Virus record (IMG/VR): IMGVR_UViG_3300005914_000007
Location: 1 to 62,504 of that record
DNA length: 62,504 bases
From: a virus
Taxonomy: Duplodnaviria > Caudoviricetes
Direction: 5' to 3' (one strand)
Numbering within the stretch: position 1 is the stretch's first letter; the number at the start of each line of letters is the position of its first letter. Under the pieces are notes generated by a model. The model made no database searches. It was not told the origin of the DNA and saw only the letters and a program-made list of their open reading frames with translations. Of this stretch, positions 9,920-20,648 are shown one piece after another. The translations under genes were made by a program, and so were the position numbers.

Positions 9920-10825
9920 ATGATAGATACCGAAGATTACACAATAGGAGTAGTAGTTGCAAGATTACAAGTTGATGATATACATGAGGGACATCATTAT
10001 ATAATCAAACAAGTTTCTGAAAACCACGGTAAGATTATCATTTTTCTTGGAGTACCGGAATTTGTAGGAAACTTAGAAAATCCACTTGATTTCAATACAA
10101 GAAAATTAATGGTACAAAAGGATTATCCTAATGCCGTCATAATGTCATTGCCTGACCAAGAAACAAATACAAGATGGGCATCTGAATTAGATAGACGAAT
10201 AAGAGAGGTTTTCCCAGAGTCACAAGGTGATGTATTAATGTATGGATCAAGAGATTCGTTCATCCCATCATATAAGATTGGTGGTGGTTCATTCGAATCA
10301 ACCGAATTAAAGCAACTTGGTACTTATACAGGTACCGATATCAGAAAGAAAATATCAGAAGTTAGTATAGCAACACGAGATTTTAGATATGGATGTATCT
10401 ATACGGCATACAATACTCCACCACGAATCATGCCAGCAGTTTATATCGTTCCACAAAAGAATGGTAAAGTATTATTGGCTAAAAAATTCTTCGATACGAA
10501 ATATCGATTCATTGGTGCAATTGTTAAAGAAAATAAAAATACATTAGAATCTATCGGTAAATCCATACTATCTGATAAAATTGGACTGATGGAAACCGAT
10601 GAATTTAAATATCTATTCTCCTCAAATATGAATGATTGGAGAGTAAGGTCAAGTCGTGATAGTATCATGGCAACAGTATTCGAGACTAAATTACTTTATG
10701 GACATCCACAACCATATAATGGTTATGAAGAAGTAAAAGAGTTTGAAATGAAGGATTTGAAAAAAGAAATAATGATTGATTCACATCAACCATTACTAGA
10801 AGAATATCTTAAAATAAAAAACTAA
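9920..10825 (+). CDS. nadM: NMN adenylyltransferase fused to degenerate Nudix domain
   Basis: ARLQ...HEGH, NPL.F..R, GSRDSF, TGT.IR; Nudix-like C-half; adjacent to nadV. Confidence 0.85.
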   Translation: MIDTEDYTIGVVVARLQVDDIHEGHHYIIKQVSENHGKIIIFLGVPEFVGNLENPLDFNTRKLMVQKDYPNAVIMSLPDQETNTRWASELDRRIREVFPESQGDVLMYGSRDSFIPSYKIGGGSFESTELKQLGTYTGTDIRKKISEVSIATRDFRYGCIYTAYNTPPRIMPAVYIVPQKNGKVLLAKKFFDTKYRFIGAIVKENKNTLESIGKSILSDKIGLMETDEFKYLFSSNMNDWRVRSSRDSIMATVFETKLLYGHPQPYNGYEEVKEFEMKDLKKEIMIDSHQPLLEEYLKIKN

Positions 10826-10830
10826 TTGTT

Positions 10831-12426
10831 ATGAAAAGATCATTAAAGAGAAGTATTAAACGAAGGTTCGAAGCAGCCATACAATCAAAAAATTTCGATG
10901 AGTTTGTTGAATTACAGCCATTGATAGAGAAATTGTTCGATAAACCGAACAATCTAATTTTACTCAGTGATGGGTATAAGTATTCACACCAAAAATTCTA
11001 TTCAGATAAACTTGAAAAAATGGGTTCGTATCTAGAATCGAGAGGTGGTGAATTCTCAGAAACAGTATTCTTTGGACTTCAGTATTTTCTAAAACATTAT
11101 CTTGAAGGTATAGCAATAACGGCAGATGATGTTGATGAAGCACACGACTACCTTGGTACAGAATTTGGGATATTTGGACGTGATGGTGTGTTCGATCGTT
11201 CAAAATTCGATTACATTGTTAAAGAACACGGTGGGAAACTACCAATCAGAATCAAAGCTGTTCCCGAAGGTACAGTTGTTACAACGAAGAACGTACTTCT
11301 ATACATTGAGAATACTGATCCAAATTGTGCTTGGCTTACCAACTTCCTCGAAACACTCATTCTGCAAGTGTGGTACCCAATCACGGTAGCAACACTTTCA
11401 AGAGAAGTTAAGAAACTTGTTAAATCAGCTTTTGATGAAATGACTGACTTACCAGTTGAAACGAAGAATTTCTTGATGGAATTTGTTCTAAACGACTTTG
11501 GTTTCAGAGCATCAACATCAGTTCAATCGGCTGGAATCGGTGGGGCGGCACACCTATTGAACTTCTTTGGTTCAGACACAACGGCAGCATCTAAACTTAT
11601 CAGAGAATACTACAATACGGATTTGATTTATGGAAAAACTGTTCCAGCAACAGAACACTCTATTATGTGTCTCGAAGGTAAGGAGGGTGAGGCTAATATG
11701 ATGAGAAGAGTCCTAGAAGAGTTTCCGGACCATATCGTAGCTTGTGTGTCTGATACGTATGACATTCAGAACGCTGTTGATAACATTTGGGGTAAAGAGT
11801 TGAAGTCAATGATACTCAACAGACCCGAATTACCGGGTAATCAACTTGTGATTCGTCCTGATAGTGGTCATGTTATTAACACATTGATTACAATATTCAA
11901 ATCACTCTTCTCATCATTTGGATATACAACGAATACAAAGGGTTATAAAGTATTACCTCCACAAGTTCGAGTTATTCAAGGGGATGGTGTAAACATCGGT
12001 TCAATTGATGAAATATATGACATGTTACGAAGAGAGAAGATTTCTCCTGAGAACCTTGTTTTTGGTATGGGCGGTAAACTACTACAGGCGGAGATTGATA
12101 GAGACAAACAGAATTTTGCAACTAAGGCTTGTTACGCTATCTATGACGGTGAAGAACGAAATGTTGTTAAGAGCCCGACTGAAATAGATGAGAACTTCAA
12201 AACTTCACAATCATTCAAGAAGTCAAAACAAGGTATTCCAAAACTTGTTAAAGTAACGGATGGATATATCACTGTTACATCTACTGATTCAACATTTGAT
12301 GATGTAATTGATGAAATGGAATGGGTATATGAGTACGGTGTTATTCTTAAAGAATTAAAATATGAGGATATACGAGAGAGAGCATCAATTAACGATATTG
12401 TAACAGAAGTTTCAGAATTGGTATGA
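10831..12426 (+). CDS. nadV: Nicotinamide phosphoribosyltransferase
   Basis: SDGYKYSH, FFGLQY, DFGFR, PATEHS, VSDTYD, IRPDSG, IQGDG, FGMGG. Confidence 0.96.
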   Translation: MKRSLKRSIKRRFEAAIQSKNFDEFVELQPLIEKLFDKPNNLILLSDGYKYSHQKFYSDKLEKMGSYLESRGGEFSETVFFGLQYFLKHYLEGIAITADDVDEAHDYLGTEFGIFGRDGVFDRSKFDYIVKEHGGKLPIRIKAVPEGTVVTTKNVLLYIENTDPNCAWLTNFLETLILQVWYPITVATLSREVKKLVKSAFDEMTDLPVETKNFLMEFVLNDFGFRASTSVQSAGIGGAAHLLNFFGSDTTAASKLIREYYNTDLIYGKTVPATEHSIMCLEGKEGEANMMRRVLEEFPDHIVACVSDTYDIQNAVDNIWGKELKSMILNRPELPGNQLVIRPDSGHVINTLITIFKSLFSSFGYTTNTKGYKVLPPQVRVIQGDGVNIGSIDEIYDMLRREKISPENLVFGMGGKLLQAEIDRDKQNFATKACYAIYDGEERNVVKSPTEIDENFKTSQSFKKSKQGIPKLVKVTDGYITVTSTDSTFDDVIDEMEWVYEYGVILKELKYEDIRERASINDIVTEVSELV

Positions 12427-12475
12427 GAACATTTGATTCAAGTGATATGACAAGATGGGATAAAAGGTTTATATG

Positions 12476-12518
12476 ACGGAACGTAAAACACACAAGTCTT
12501 TAGCTGATGTGTAGTTTA
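12476..12518 (+). mobile_element. 43-bp IS200/IS605-type mini element
   Basis: ACGGAACGTAAAACACACAAGTCTTTAGCTGATGTGTAGTTTA, within a broken small ORF. Confidence 0.7.
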
Positions 12519-12634
12519 TGAAATTAAACGTATTTCGTCTAATCACGGGAAACCATTATATTTGATGATACATATGATGAACAACCGGAGTTTTTAACCA
12601 AATCTAGAATTTCTAAATTAGAAGATTTGTTAAA

Positions 12635-13408
12635 TTAACTATCAAAATCGATAGAGTTACCAAACTCATCTTCATCACCGGTATTCTGTGAATCTCTTTC
12701 CGTAGGATTAACTAAATCCGAGTCTTCATCATCCAAGTTATCCATATTATTAACATATTTTTCTAGATGATTGAAAGCTGTATCGAAGGCTTCCATAACT
12801 TGTTTTGGTTCTGTTCCATACAAACCCATAATATCATCACCAAGTTTTATTATCTCACTGGAAAGTCTTTCATCAGGTATATCGAATAATAATTTATCTA
12901 CAATAAACTCAGTAACCTTTTTATCATAAGGTCTTAGAACATTTTCTAATTCGGCAACAAGTCTGTTCATATGGTCTTTTGAGTAATCCGAGTCTCGTGA
13001 GTAAGCATCAAAATGATTTTGAATACTTTCAATTTTACTTTTAATGTCTTGAATAGAGTGTCTAGTAATCGAACTGTCATAATGGCCGTTTTCCGACACA
13101 CCTAGAATTCCTTGAACACTCTTTTCTATTATTTCAAGACCTTCTTCTACACTTTTAATCTTTCTTTTATTTTCATTCTCTTTCACATATCCTTTTTCGA
13201 CATCCATTTCACACACATAAGAACTATCAAGTTTTAACTTATCATGACTCAAATATACATGTAATAACCCATTTTCTTGGATATCCCAGTGAAATATATA
13301 TTTTTCGAAATTAGAAACAAGATCTTTTATTTCCGACATTTTAGCATCGATTAAATCACTAAATTCATTAGTTTTATATTCGTTGAATGTTATTAAATAT
13401 TTATACAT
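12635..13408 (-). CDS. Hypothetical protein, CTS-like N-terminus
   Basis: MYKYLITFNEY; acidic tail. Confidence 0.75.
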   Translation of the reverse strand: MYKYLITFNEYKTNEFSDLIDAKMSEIKDLVSNFEKYIFHWDIQENGLLHVYLSHDKLKLDSSYVCEMDVEKGYVKENENKRKIKSVEEGLEIIEKSVQGILGVSENGHYDSSITRHSIQDIKSKIESIQNHFDAYSRDSDYSKDHMNRLVAELENVLRPYDKKVTEFIVDKLLFDIPDERLSSEIIKLGDDIMGLYGTEPKQVMEAFDTAFNHLEKYVNNMDNLDDEDSDLVNPTERDSQNTGDEDEFGNSIDFDS

Positions 13409-13418
13409 AACTATTAAT

Positions 13419-13757
13419 TTATTTTATAGCTCCACGAACAGCCTTTTCAATAACATCAAGACAATCTCTTAAATTATTAACATCTACACGCTCACCATTT
13501 TCGAATAAGATAGATGATTGACCATTGATGGTCCATTCCTTGCTTCCAAAACTTGGATTACTAATATCGGTTAAGGAACACACCATCTCAAAAGAACTCC
13601 CAGTTGGATCCTTTTTCGTACATGTGAATAGAATATTTCCCTCAGCATTAGATGATAAAGATTCTAATTCTTGAAATCTTGATTTCATAAGTTTTGTTGC
13701 GTCTACAACACTATCCCCATATTCCTCAAAAAATTTTATCAATCTACTCATAAACAA
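13419..13757 (-). CDS. Hypothetical protein, related to N-half of 12635..13408
   Basis: MSRLIKFFEEY; both share M..i..l.s and ...L(D/E)(V/I)IEK(A/S)V.G. Confidence 0.7.
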   Translation of the reverse strand: MFMSRLIKFFEEYGDSVVDATKLMKSRFQELESLSSNAEGNILFTCTKKDPTGSSFEMVCSLTDISNPSFGSKEWTINGQSSILFENGERVDVNNLRDCLDVIEKAVRGAIK

Positions 13758-13800
13758 ATCCTATTTTAAAGTATATATTAAGTATAAATAACCACAATAA

Positions 13801-14580
13801 ATGACAACTAAGAATATCACATTCGAATTCGTTCCAGAGAACTTTGATGAGTTTAGAAGAAAATTAAAAGATTTGACACGTTTGAGCGATAACATTAAGT
13901 TATCAATAACTGACGATAAAATATTTATATACTCAATATTAGGCTCATCTCAGATAGTATTGGCTATGAAATCTTACCAATTGGATAGAATTGATTTCAT
14001 AGAATCAAATAACAGTATCGAACACACAATCGATTGTATTATACTCGGTGCTAAGAAATTTGTTAAGAACATAGATTTTGTTAAAACGAATGAGAAGATT
14101 AAATGTAAGGTGACCTATAAGATATTTGATGATGATAGAACTGAGGTTAGACAATTTCAATTAACTAGTGGTAAGTTAAAATTGAAAGTAGAAACCGGAG
14201 ATAGAAATGAGATTAAGAATATAACAAAGGAACAGATGAATGAAACTTTGGATCCAAGTAAAAAAGAATGGAGCTTTGATGTTAATGAATCTGACTTCAC
14301 CGATATTTCAAAACTTTCCAAGATAAATACAGATGAGTCCAAAAGAATATTGAATATTAATGCCGAAAACAATACCGTTAAATTGTCCGAAGACGGGTTG
14401 TGGGAAATGGAGGTCGCTGATACAGATCAACCAGACTCTCATATAATGATTAATAAGAATCATCTACCTATGATTGATACATCAGGTACAGATATTACTT
14501 TCAACGTATTTAGGAACTTTATATTCGTTGAGGGAGAGAATTCTAAGCTAATGATAAGCTTCGAACAGACATTTAATTAA
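13801..14580 (+). CDS. Sliding clamp (gp45/PCNA-like)
   Basis: 259 aa acidic two-domain alpha/beta pattern in a replication context. Confidence 0.55.
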   Translation: MTTKNITFEFVPENFDEFRRKLKDLTRLSDNIKLSITDDKIFIYSILGSSQIVLAMKSYQLDRIDFIESNNSIEHTIDCIILGAKKFVKNIDFVKTNEKIKCKVTYKIFDDDRTEVRQFQLTSGKLKLKVETGDRNEIKNITKEQMNETLDPSKKEWSFDVNESDFTDISKLSKINTDESKRILNINAENNTVKLSEDGLWEMEVADTDQPDSHIMINKNHLPMIDTSGTDITFNVFRNFIFVEGENSKLMISFEQTFN

Positions 14581-14742
14581 AATAAACAAAAAAGGACGTA
14601 ATAAGATAAATAGTTATCTAGAAACTATCAAATATTAAAGTTTATCATCAGTTAAAAATACAACATATTAAAACAAAAATAACAATATAGACATAATTAA
14701 GTATATCATTACATAGAGAGGCTCTTAAGTAATATATAATTT

Positions 14743-14970
14743 GTGATTGAACATAAGTTATATAATACTTTCGTCTATTATCTCGAAGATAAAAAAAGAC
14801 ATTTAAAACTAACACATACTTGGCTTATTCTAGCCAAAGTATCTGAATTTAACTTTTATACTTTCTTATACGAATTCAAAACAGATTTAAATCTAAGAAC
14901 TCGAATAATCGAAACACATCGATTAGAAAAACTAAACCAATTATTATATGAAGTTAATAGATCAGAGTAA
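14743..14970 (+). CDS. Hypothetical protein
   Basis: ORF track; RLEKLNQLL near C-terminus. Confidence 0.6.
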   Translation: MIEHKLYNTFVYYLEDKKRHLKLTHTWLILAKVSEFNFYTFLYEFKTDLNLRTRIIETHRLEKLNQLLYEVNRSE

Positions 14971-15286
14971 TCATATCAAATACTATGAGGGATTAGATGT
15001 AAATAGAATGAAAAACCATCCAAACGATGGATCAAAAGGACTGATGATAATATTTTTTGACTCAATGGAGAAGGAACAAAAGAAGTATGAACGATCTCGG
15101 AAAATATCAAACATATTATGGAGTGAGAATTATACTAATTTCAATAATCTAATTGATAGTTTAAAAAATAGTTACTTAGTTATATACGAAACAAAAGGAT
15201 ATACCGATGTCACATACCGAGGTGTTAAAAGTAAAATGGAGACACAGGGATCAACCTGGTCGGCTATATCTGGTATCGCATATTAA
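14948..15286 (+). CDS. Hypothetical protein
   Basis: ORF track. Confidence 0.65.
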   Translation: MKLIDQSNHIKYYEGLDVNRMKNHPNDGSKGLMIIFFDSMEKEQKKYERSRKISNILWSENYTNFNNLIDSLKNSYLVIYETKGYTDVTYRGVKSKMETQGSTWSAISGIAY

Positions 15287-15297
15287 ATATATAACAT

Positions 15298-15768
15298 ATG
15301 AGACATCTAATGAGATATGAAGGATTTTCACACTCTGACCGGGCCGATGAGGTGTTAGATAAGATACATAAATATGGTATAGAATCCATAACACCTGAAG
15401 AAAGACAGTTCATGGACTCATATAAAACTGGTGAGGAGGAAGAAATACATCACAAATTAACAAAGATGGAAAACGAAGTAGTCTTTGAACATGATACCTT
15501 ACCAATAAAGTTTCAACTTAGTGAGGTAAAATATTTAGGTGAAATTAAACAACTAATCGGAATTATTTACGTATCAGATATAACGCTTGATAACGGCAAA
15601 GAGATATCTGGGAGATTAGAGGGTATGATTATTACCAATGATCAGACTGGTGAGATATCTGCCGACTTTTCAAAAGATGAATATGATATATTTGACTTCT
15701 GTGAAGGACTTGAACACGAACTAGATTCTTTTTTAGAGTATGTCGTAAGTGAAGTTGAGTCAATGTGA
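15298..15768 (+). CDS. Hypothetical protein with DUF6576-like DEVLDKI..G.ES.T.EE..F motif
   Basis: Motif; MRHLMRYEGF start after AATATATA. Confidence 0.7.
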   Translation: MRHLMRYEGFSHSDRADEVLDKIHKYGIESITPEERQFMDSYKTGEEEEIHHKLTKMENEVVFEHDTLPIKFQLSEVKYLGEIKQLIGIIYVSDITLDNGKEISGRLEGMIITNDQTGEISADFSKDEYDIFDFCEGLEHELDSFLEYVVSEVESM

Positions 15769-15787
15769 GAAAAATTAATATTAATTA

Positions 15788-16600
15788 ATGGGTAGAATTA
15801 TAGAGAGCACTACACAAGGAGAGAGTATCGATAAAGATGATTTGTTTCACAAGATACGACCACTAGGAAGGTGGATAAGTAAAGAATTAGGTATGAGAGA
15901 TGTTATTGATGAAATGACATTACCACACAGAACACCACCCCCACAAAAACAATTAGATAAATTCTATAAAGGAATAGAGATTCTGGAACGAACATCCATG
16001 CCACTTAACTTTATCAGAACACAGAAGAACCGCTCAAAAGATATGATGTTGGTTTACAACGAAAAAGGCAAATGGGACTATGTTAACAAGTTAAATACAA
16101 ACTATTCCGATACAGCTTTACTATTAGCCGAATTAATAGTTAGGATTTTCAATGATAATCCGGTCAAAGGACTCGAAGCCTATAAAGAAATTTTACAAAA
16201 TCCAAAATTAGGATTACTTAAATTAAAGCCAATAATGAGTGAGTTATTTAAGAAACATTTCACATTTACTGACCTACAAGCTTCTGTTAACGAGATTAAG
16301 AAATTCTCTAAGAGAGGTGAGGAAGCTGAGGAAACAGTAATTGAGTGGTTGGAATATTTAGGATATGAAATTGCATACACTGGTGGTAATGGAGATATGA
16401 TTGATATGTTATTCGGGACAGATATTATTGTTAGAACACCCGATCATAAATATTTCACAATACAAGTTAAGAAATCAAAAATGGATTTAAATGAATTAGA
16501 TTATCTACACGTAGATTGGATAGTATTTGTTGAGCCAGTTATAAGTGTTTATAACAAGGTTTCCGGAGTTGAGATACCGGAACATGAGTTGATGGTATAA
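15788..16600 (+). CDS. PD-(D/E)XK nuclease-fold protein
   Basis: G..AE....L...GY...D...G.DII...IQVK. Confidence 0.55.
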   Translation: MGRIIESTTQGESIDKDDLFHKIRPLGRWISKELGMRDVIDEMTLPHRTPPPQKQLDKFYKGIEILERTSMPLNFIRTQKNRSKDMMLVYNEKGKWDYVNKLNTNYSDTALLLAELIVRIFNDNPVKGLEAYKEILQNPKLGLLKLKPIMSELFKKHFTFTDLQASVNEIKKFSKRGEEAEETVIEWLEYLGYEIAYTGGNGDMIDMLFGTDIIVRTPDHKYFTIQVKKSKMDLNELDYLHVDWIVFVEPVISVYNKVSGVEIPEHELMV

Positions 16601-16638
16601 CCATCAACTCATTATTTAAATAAATAAAATTAATAATT

Positions 16639-17106
16639 TTGAATATTATAAAATTAGTATATTGGATATACAAAGAAAAAAGTCAACATTTCATATCAGT
16701 TCAATCACATATATGGGATAAATGGAAAATATTAATTTCGATAGCTATTTGGATGAATCCAAATTACAAGAAATCTATAATACATCGTAAAAGGTATAAA
16801 AGATTACGAAATTTCGTTGTTATCGGACTCAAATGGAGTGGTAAAAACGTAAAGAGAAGAACTTCTGGGTACGCCAAGGAGTATATCAAAAAACACCGAA
16901 ACACACACTGTGTATACTGTGAATGTAGTATTACCGAAGAAAACGCCACAACTGATCACATTATACCCATATCAAAAGGTGGTAATAACTCAAAAGTTAA
17001 TCTAATGATATGTTGTTTTGATTGTAACAATGACCGCGGAGATTTAGACTATTCAAAATACTTATCAAAGAAAAATCCAAATAGAAAGGCAGATGATTTC
17101 ATTTAA
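16639..17106 (+). CDS. HNH endonuclease
   Basis: CVYC...TTDHIIPISKGG.N...NL..CC..CN. Confidence 0.85.
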   Translation: MNIIKLVYWIYKEKSQHFISVQSHIWDKWKILISIAIWMNPNYKKSIIHRKRYKRLRNFVVIGLKWSGKNVKRRTSGYAKEYIKKHRNTHCVYCECSITEENATTDHIIPISKGGNNSKVNLMICCFDCNNDRGDLDYSKYLSKKNPNRKADDFI

Positions 17107-17146
17107 CCAGAATACCTATTTTTAATAATCTAATATAAAATTCATA

Positions 17147-17440
17147 ATGTATGATAGGAGATATATGGATTTATTCCTTAGTGATAAACCATTAGTGTGG
17201 CGTGAAGATTTTGAACAACATTCCGAGTATTTTATAAAAATAGATTTATCAATTGTTGAGATGATTTACAAACCAAAATTCTCAGAAAAGATAATCGGAA
17301 TTACGCAACACAATCGAGTGATTAATATATTTTTCGTGACGACATCGGGGATCCAACGAATGTGTACTAAATATATCCGAACCGACAGATTCAAATCACT
17401 ATATAGAAATATAGTGATAGATAAACTACTCAACAGCTAA
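17147..17440 (+). CDS. Hypothetical protein
   Basis: ORF track; stop lies inside the IS end. Confidence 0.6.
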   Translation: MYDRRYMDLFLSDKPLVWREDFEQHSEYFIKIDLSIVEMIYKPKFSEKIIGITQHNRVINIFFVTTSGIQRMCTKYIRTDRFKSLYRNIVIDKLLNS

Positions 17441-17455
17441 AGACTGATATGTTTC
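17422..17455 (-). mobile_element. Degenerate IS200/IS605-type right end
   Basis: GAAACATATCAGTCTTTAGCTGTTGAGTAGTTTA. Confidence 0.55.
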
Positions 17456-17501
17456 TATACCACAAGGAAAGAGTATAGGAAATTAGCATTATATGAGATT
17501 C

Positions 17502-19160
17502 TTAATTTTTCAAATCGATATCTTCATTAATAAATACCCATTTAGAACTACCACAATCCCACAACCTAAAATACCCCCTTTCATGCATTATTTCAATCTC
17601 TGTTTTGTGTATATCATACCCCTGAGAAACCAATTTATCCTTTCTGAAGTTAAATCTGTGACACCTTCGTTTATCAACTACCCAATAATAATTTGGTACT
17701 GTATTTGAGATGCGTTTAAACCCAATCATTTTATACAATGATCCATCATATCTAGATGTGTCAGCGTAGCTTATTATACACAGTGGTTTGTAATTTTTCA
17801 AAAAATATTTGAATAACCTGGAAGCACCACCAACAACAACAGTATTAATCTTATTACAAAATCTTAACATCTCATAATGACCTTCAACAGAAGAGTGACC
17901 AAGTGATTTACGCAAATTTCCAAAATTCATAAAACAAACCAATTCATCATTATGGAATAGTCCTAATTTTACTTTTGATCCTATAAACCCCTGTAAGTGA
18001 TTGGTATCTAAAAACTCACGTATAATATTATTATCTTTAATCAATCTAACTTCACAAGTTCTACCATATATTCTTTTGGGTGTTTTACCAATCTTATTTA
18101 GGATTATGGATTTAACTATATCCGTTTTATAAACCCAATCATCTTCCCATATATGTAAAAGTTTAATACCATTATCCTCACAAGATAATGTTTTGTCTAA
18201 ATGATATGTATTTTTTTTATATATCTCAGAATGCCAATATAACCCGTTGAACTCAATACCAACCTTTAAATCCGATATATATATATCCAATTCCATACCA
18301 GATAAGACAGTTCTATTATTCAAATCACAACTGATGTGTTCGGATATGAAATTAAACACTTCATTTTGTTTTACATTTTGTTTTAAAGGATTACAACCCG
18401 TACAAACCACATCACACTTAAATATCCTTTTATTTCTCAAAGATGTTAATATTTTAAAGTCATTTTTACACTCAATACAATTTATCACATACTCACCATT
18501 TTTGGATGATTTTAAAACACCAATATCCGATAGTTTTTCATACATTTTTTCATACCACTTTTCACGAACTCCTTTCTTAAAATCTTCCGTCTTTGAAAAA
18601 TTACACACACCATACCTATACATGCACGTATTAACCATCTTATTCAATATGTCTGGATTCATAGATGGGTACTCATATCCAAATTTTTTAATATTCGTAT
18701 TTTTCACCTTATCCTTAACCTTCTTAGATGATGATGGATACCTTACCCCATATTTAACAAGTGATGTTTTTCCGGCCAGTTCCCTATTGTTATAATTACC
18801 ATCACCATATTTATTATATTTAGTCTCCTTTATAATACTTTTAACGGATTCGATTTGGAATGTATTCTCAACTCCATATTTTCGTAAATTAGTTTCCTTG
18901 GTTTTTATCAACACACACACCCGTGAACAGGCAAATTTAAATTCACCAACATTTGTCTGTTTATTATAATCTTTAATAGATATTTCTTTTTTACAAGAAC
19001 AGTAATCACATTTAGCGTTAATTTTAATACTGGATCCCTTTGTTATATACAAACTGGATACCGTAACAAAATCACCAATCGATCCATAACCCAGTATATT
19101 ACTATAATAGGACACATTCTTATTGGATAATTTAATTCTAATATCTTCTGGTATTATCAT
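17502..19160 (-). CDS. Homing-endonuclease-like protein (Zn finger, T..KYG repeats, Vsr/DUF559-like nuclease, GNAT-like C-domain)
   Basis: ELDIY...IEFNGLYWHSE...HIWEDDW; NHLQG...RFC...VVGGASRL...SYAD; paralog of 43209 and 57076. Confidence 0.75.
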   Translation of the reverse strand: MIIPEDIRIKLSNKNVSYYSNILGYGSIGDFVTVSSLYITKGSSIKINAKCDYCSCKKEISIKDYNKQTNVGEFKFACSRVCVLIKTKETNLRKYGVENTFQIESVKSIIKETKYNKYGDGNYNNRELAGKTSLVKYGVRYPSSSKKVKDKVKNTNIKKFGYEYPSMNPDILNKMVNTCMYRYGVCNFSKTEDFKKGVREKWYEKMYEKLSDIGVLKSSKNGEYVINCIECKNDFKILTSLRNKRIFKCDVVCTGCNPLKQNVKQNEVFNFISEHISCDLNNRTVLSGMELDIYISDLKVGIEFNGLYWHSEIYKKNTYHLDKTLSCEDNGIKLLHIWEDDWVYKTDIVKSIILNKIGKTPKRIYGRTCEVRLIKDNNIIREFLDTNHLQGFIGSKVKLGLFHNDELVCFMNFGNLRKSLGHSSVEGHYEMLRFCNKINTVVVGGASRLFKYFLKNYKPLCIISYADTSRYDGSLYKMIGFKRISNTVPNYYWVVDKRRCHRFNFRKDKLVSQGYDIHKTEIEIMHERGYFRLWDCGSSKWVFINEDIDLKN

Positions 19161-19237
19161 ATACTATATATTAAAAAATACATACTCATATACCCGTATA
19201 TACACCAATTACACATATACATATCTCACAACACCAA

Positions 19238-20416
19238 TTAAAAATCATTCTCACGGAATTTTCTTTCATAATCAATCTCTTCACGATTGGGTTTCCACTT
19301 ATTTTTGGGTATCCACTTAGCATCGAAAACATCATCAGAGAAATAATTTTCTAATTTCAATTTACTATATGGTAGTGGGACCAATTCAGCTAACTTATTC
19401 AAATCTTTAACCTGAGAGATTCGGTGGTATAATTTATATGGGTCAGAACCTTTCTTACGTTCTACAATATCTTCGAATAGTTTCAACCATAAGAATATAT
19501 GACCACCCATAGATATCTTCTCTAATGACTTCTTAAACCCTGCTGAATCATTATCATAGAAGTACTGCAAGTCGATATCATTACTTTCGAGGAATTTGAG
19601 GTCGGTATTAACACCCACAACTCCGATAGAATTTGGATAAAATAACGCATCTAAATATCCCTCGAACAGAGTTACCGTAGAGGATAGATTAACATTGAGT
19701 ATATTGAAGAAATAACTCAACTTGTTATAAACAATCATTTGATGAGCATCCATTTCATTATCAGGATTTACCCATTCAGATAATGTCTCATAATTATAAA
19801 TTACAAAGAATCTCCTTCTACCCTTTCTTAGATTCCTAACTTGAATACCCAATACCCGATCCTCTCTACGATTCAATAGAACAATAACATGTTCAAATCC
19901 TTCATCACCCTTCGAATACTTTGCTTGATAGATGTTGGTGTGTTTATCCTCAGTGATACCACGACCAGTTAGGTATTTATATATTCCACCATTTTTAACG
20001 ATAGGTTCAAAATCATATATTGGACTCACCTTCTTAACATTGAAGGCGTGTGTCAGTTCTTCGAGTGATATTAAATCATCAAACTTAGTATCGATGAAAT
20101 CGTCCTGATAATCATTATAGGTTATGTTATTATTGAGATGTTCAATAATCTCCATTTTCTTATCAGGGTCCAAGACTTCATTAAAATCTTTAGCAAACTT
20201 ATCGAATCCCGTTTTTTTATCACAACGAAAACACACAAACAATAATTTATTATAATAAACATTACCTCTTTTTTTCGTTTTAGTTCTACCTTCATGGCAA
20301 TATGGACACCTAAACTGCACACGGTCATGGTGATGTGTTATCACAACCCGCTCCATTCTATCCGAAAATTCCTTATTTATTATGTTCGTTACTATACTCT
20401 GTATGTACTTTTCCAT
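19238..20416 (-). CDS. DNA primase (gp61-like)
   Basis: RCPYC..CFRC zinc ribbon; TOPRIM FEGYLDA, YDND.AG, KDLN. Confidence 0.88.
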   Translation of the reverse strand: MEKYIQSIVTNIINKEFSDRMERVVITHHHDRVQFRCPYCHEGRTKTKKRGNVYYNKLLFVCFRCDKKTGFDKFAKDFNEVLDPDKKMEIIEHLNNNITYNDYQDDFIDTKFDDLISLEELTHAFNVKKVSPIYDFEPIVKNGGIYKYLTGRGITEDKHTNIYQAKYSKGDEGFEHVIVLLNRREDRVLGIQVRNLRKGRRRFFVIYNYETLSEWVNPDNEMDAHQMIVYNKLSYFFNILNVNLSSTVTLFEGYLDALFYPNSIGVVGVNTDLKFLESNDIDLQYFYDNDSAGFKKSLEKISMGGHIFLWLKLFEDIVERKKGSDPYKLYHRISQVKDLNKLAELVPLPYSKLKLENYFSDDVFDAKWIPKNKWKPNREEIDYERKFRENDF

Positions 20417-20425
20417 ATCAATTAT

Positions 20426-20644
20426 ATGATTTGTGTAAATCTAAGTTTCAAATATAATATATGTATTGAATATGATGGCGAGCATCATTTTAAAAGTGTT
20501 TCTAAGTATGGTGGTGAAAGTTTTCTAGAAAAAGTTAAAAAGTACGATAAGATAAAAAATGAATGGTGTTCGAAAAACAAAATCAGATTAATAAGAATAC
20601 CATATACTGAGAAATCTAGAATATTTGAAGTATTGAATGAGTAG
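20426..20644 (+). pseudogene. C-terminal remnant of Vsr/DUF2726-like endonuclease
   Basis: IEYDGEHHF...DKIKNEWC...IRLIRIPY with no N-terminal part. Confidence 0.65.
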
Positions 20645-20648
20645 TTGC

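Noticed and set aside
20294-20425. N-terminal part of ORF 20294..20644
   Set aside because: Overlaps primase antisense; only the distal part looks like a real nuclease remnant
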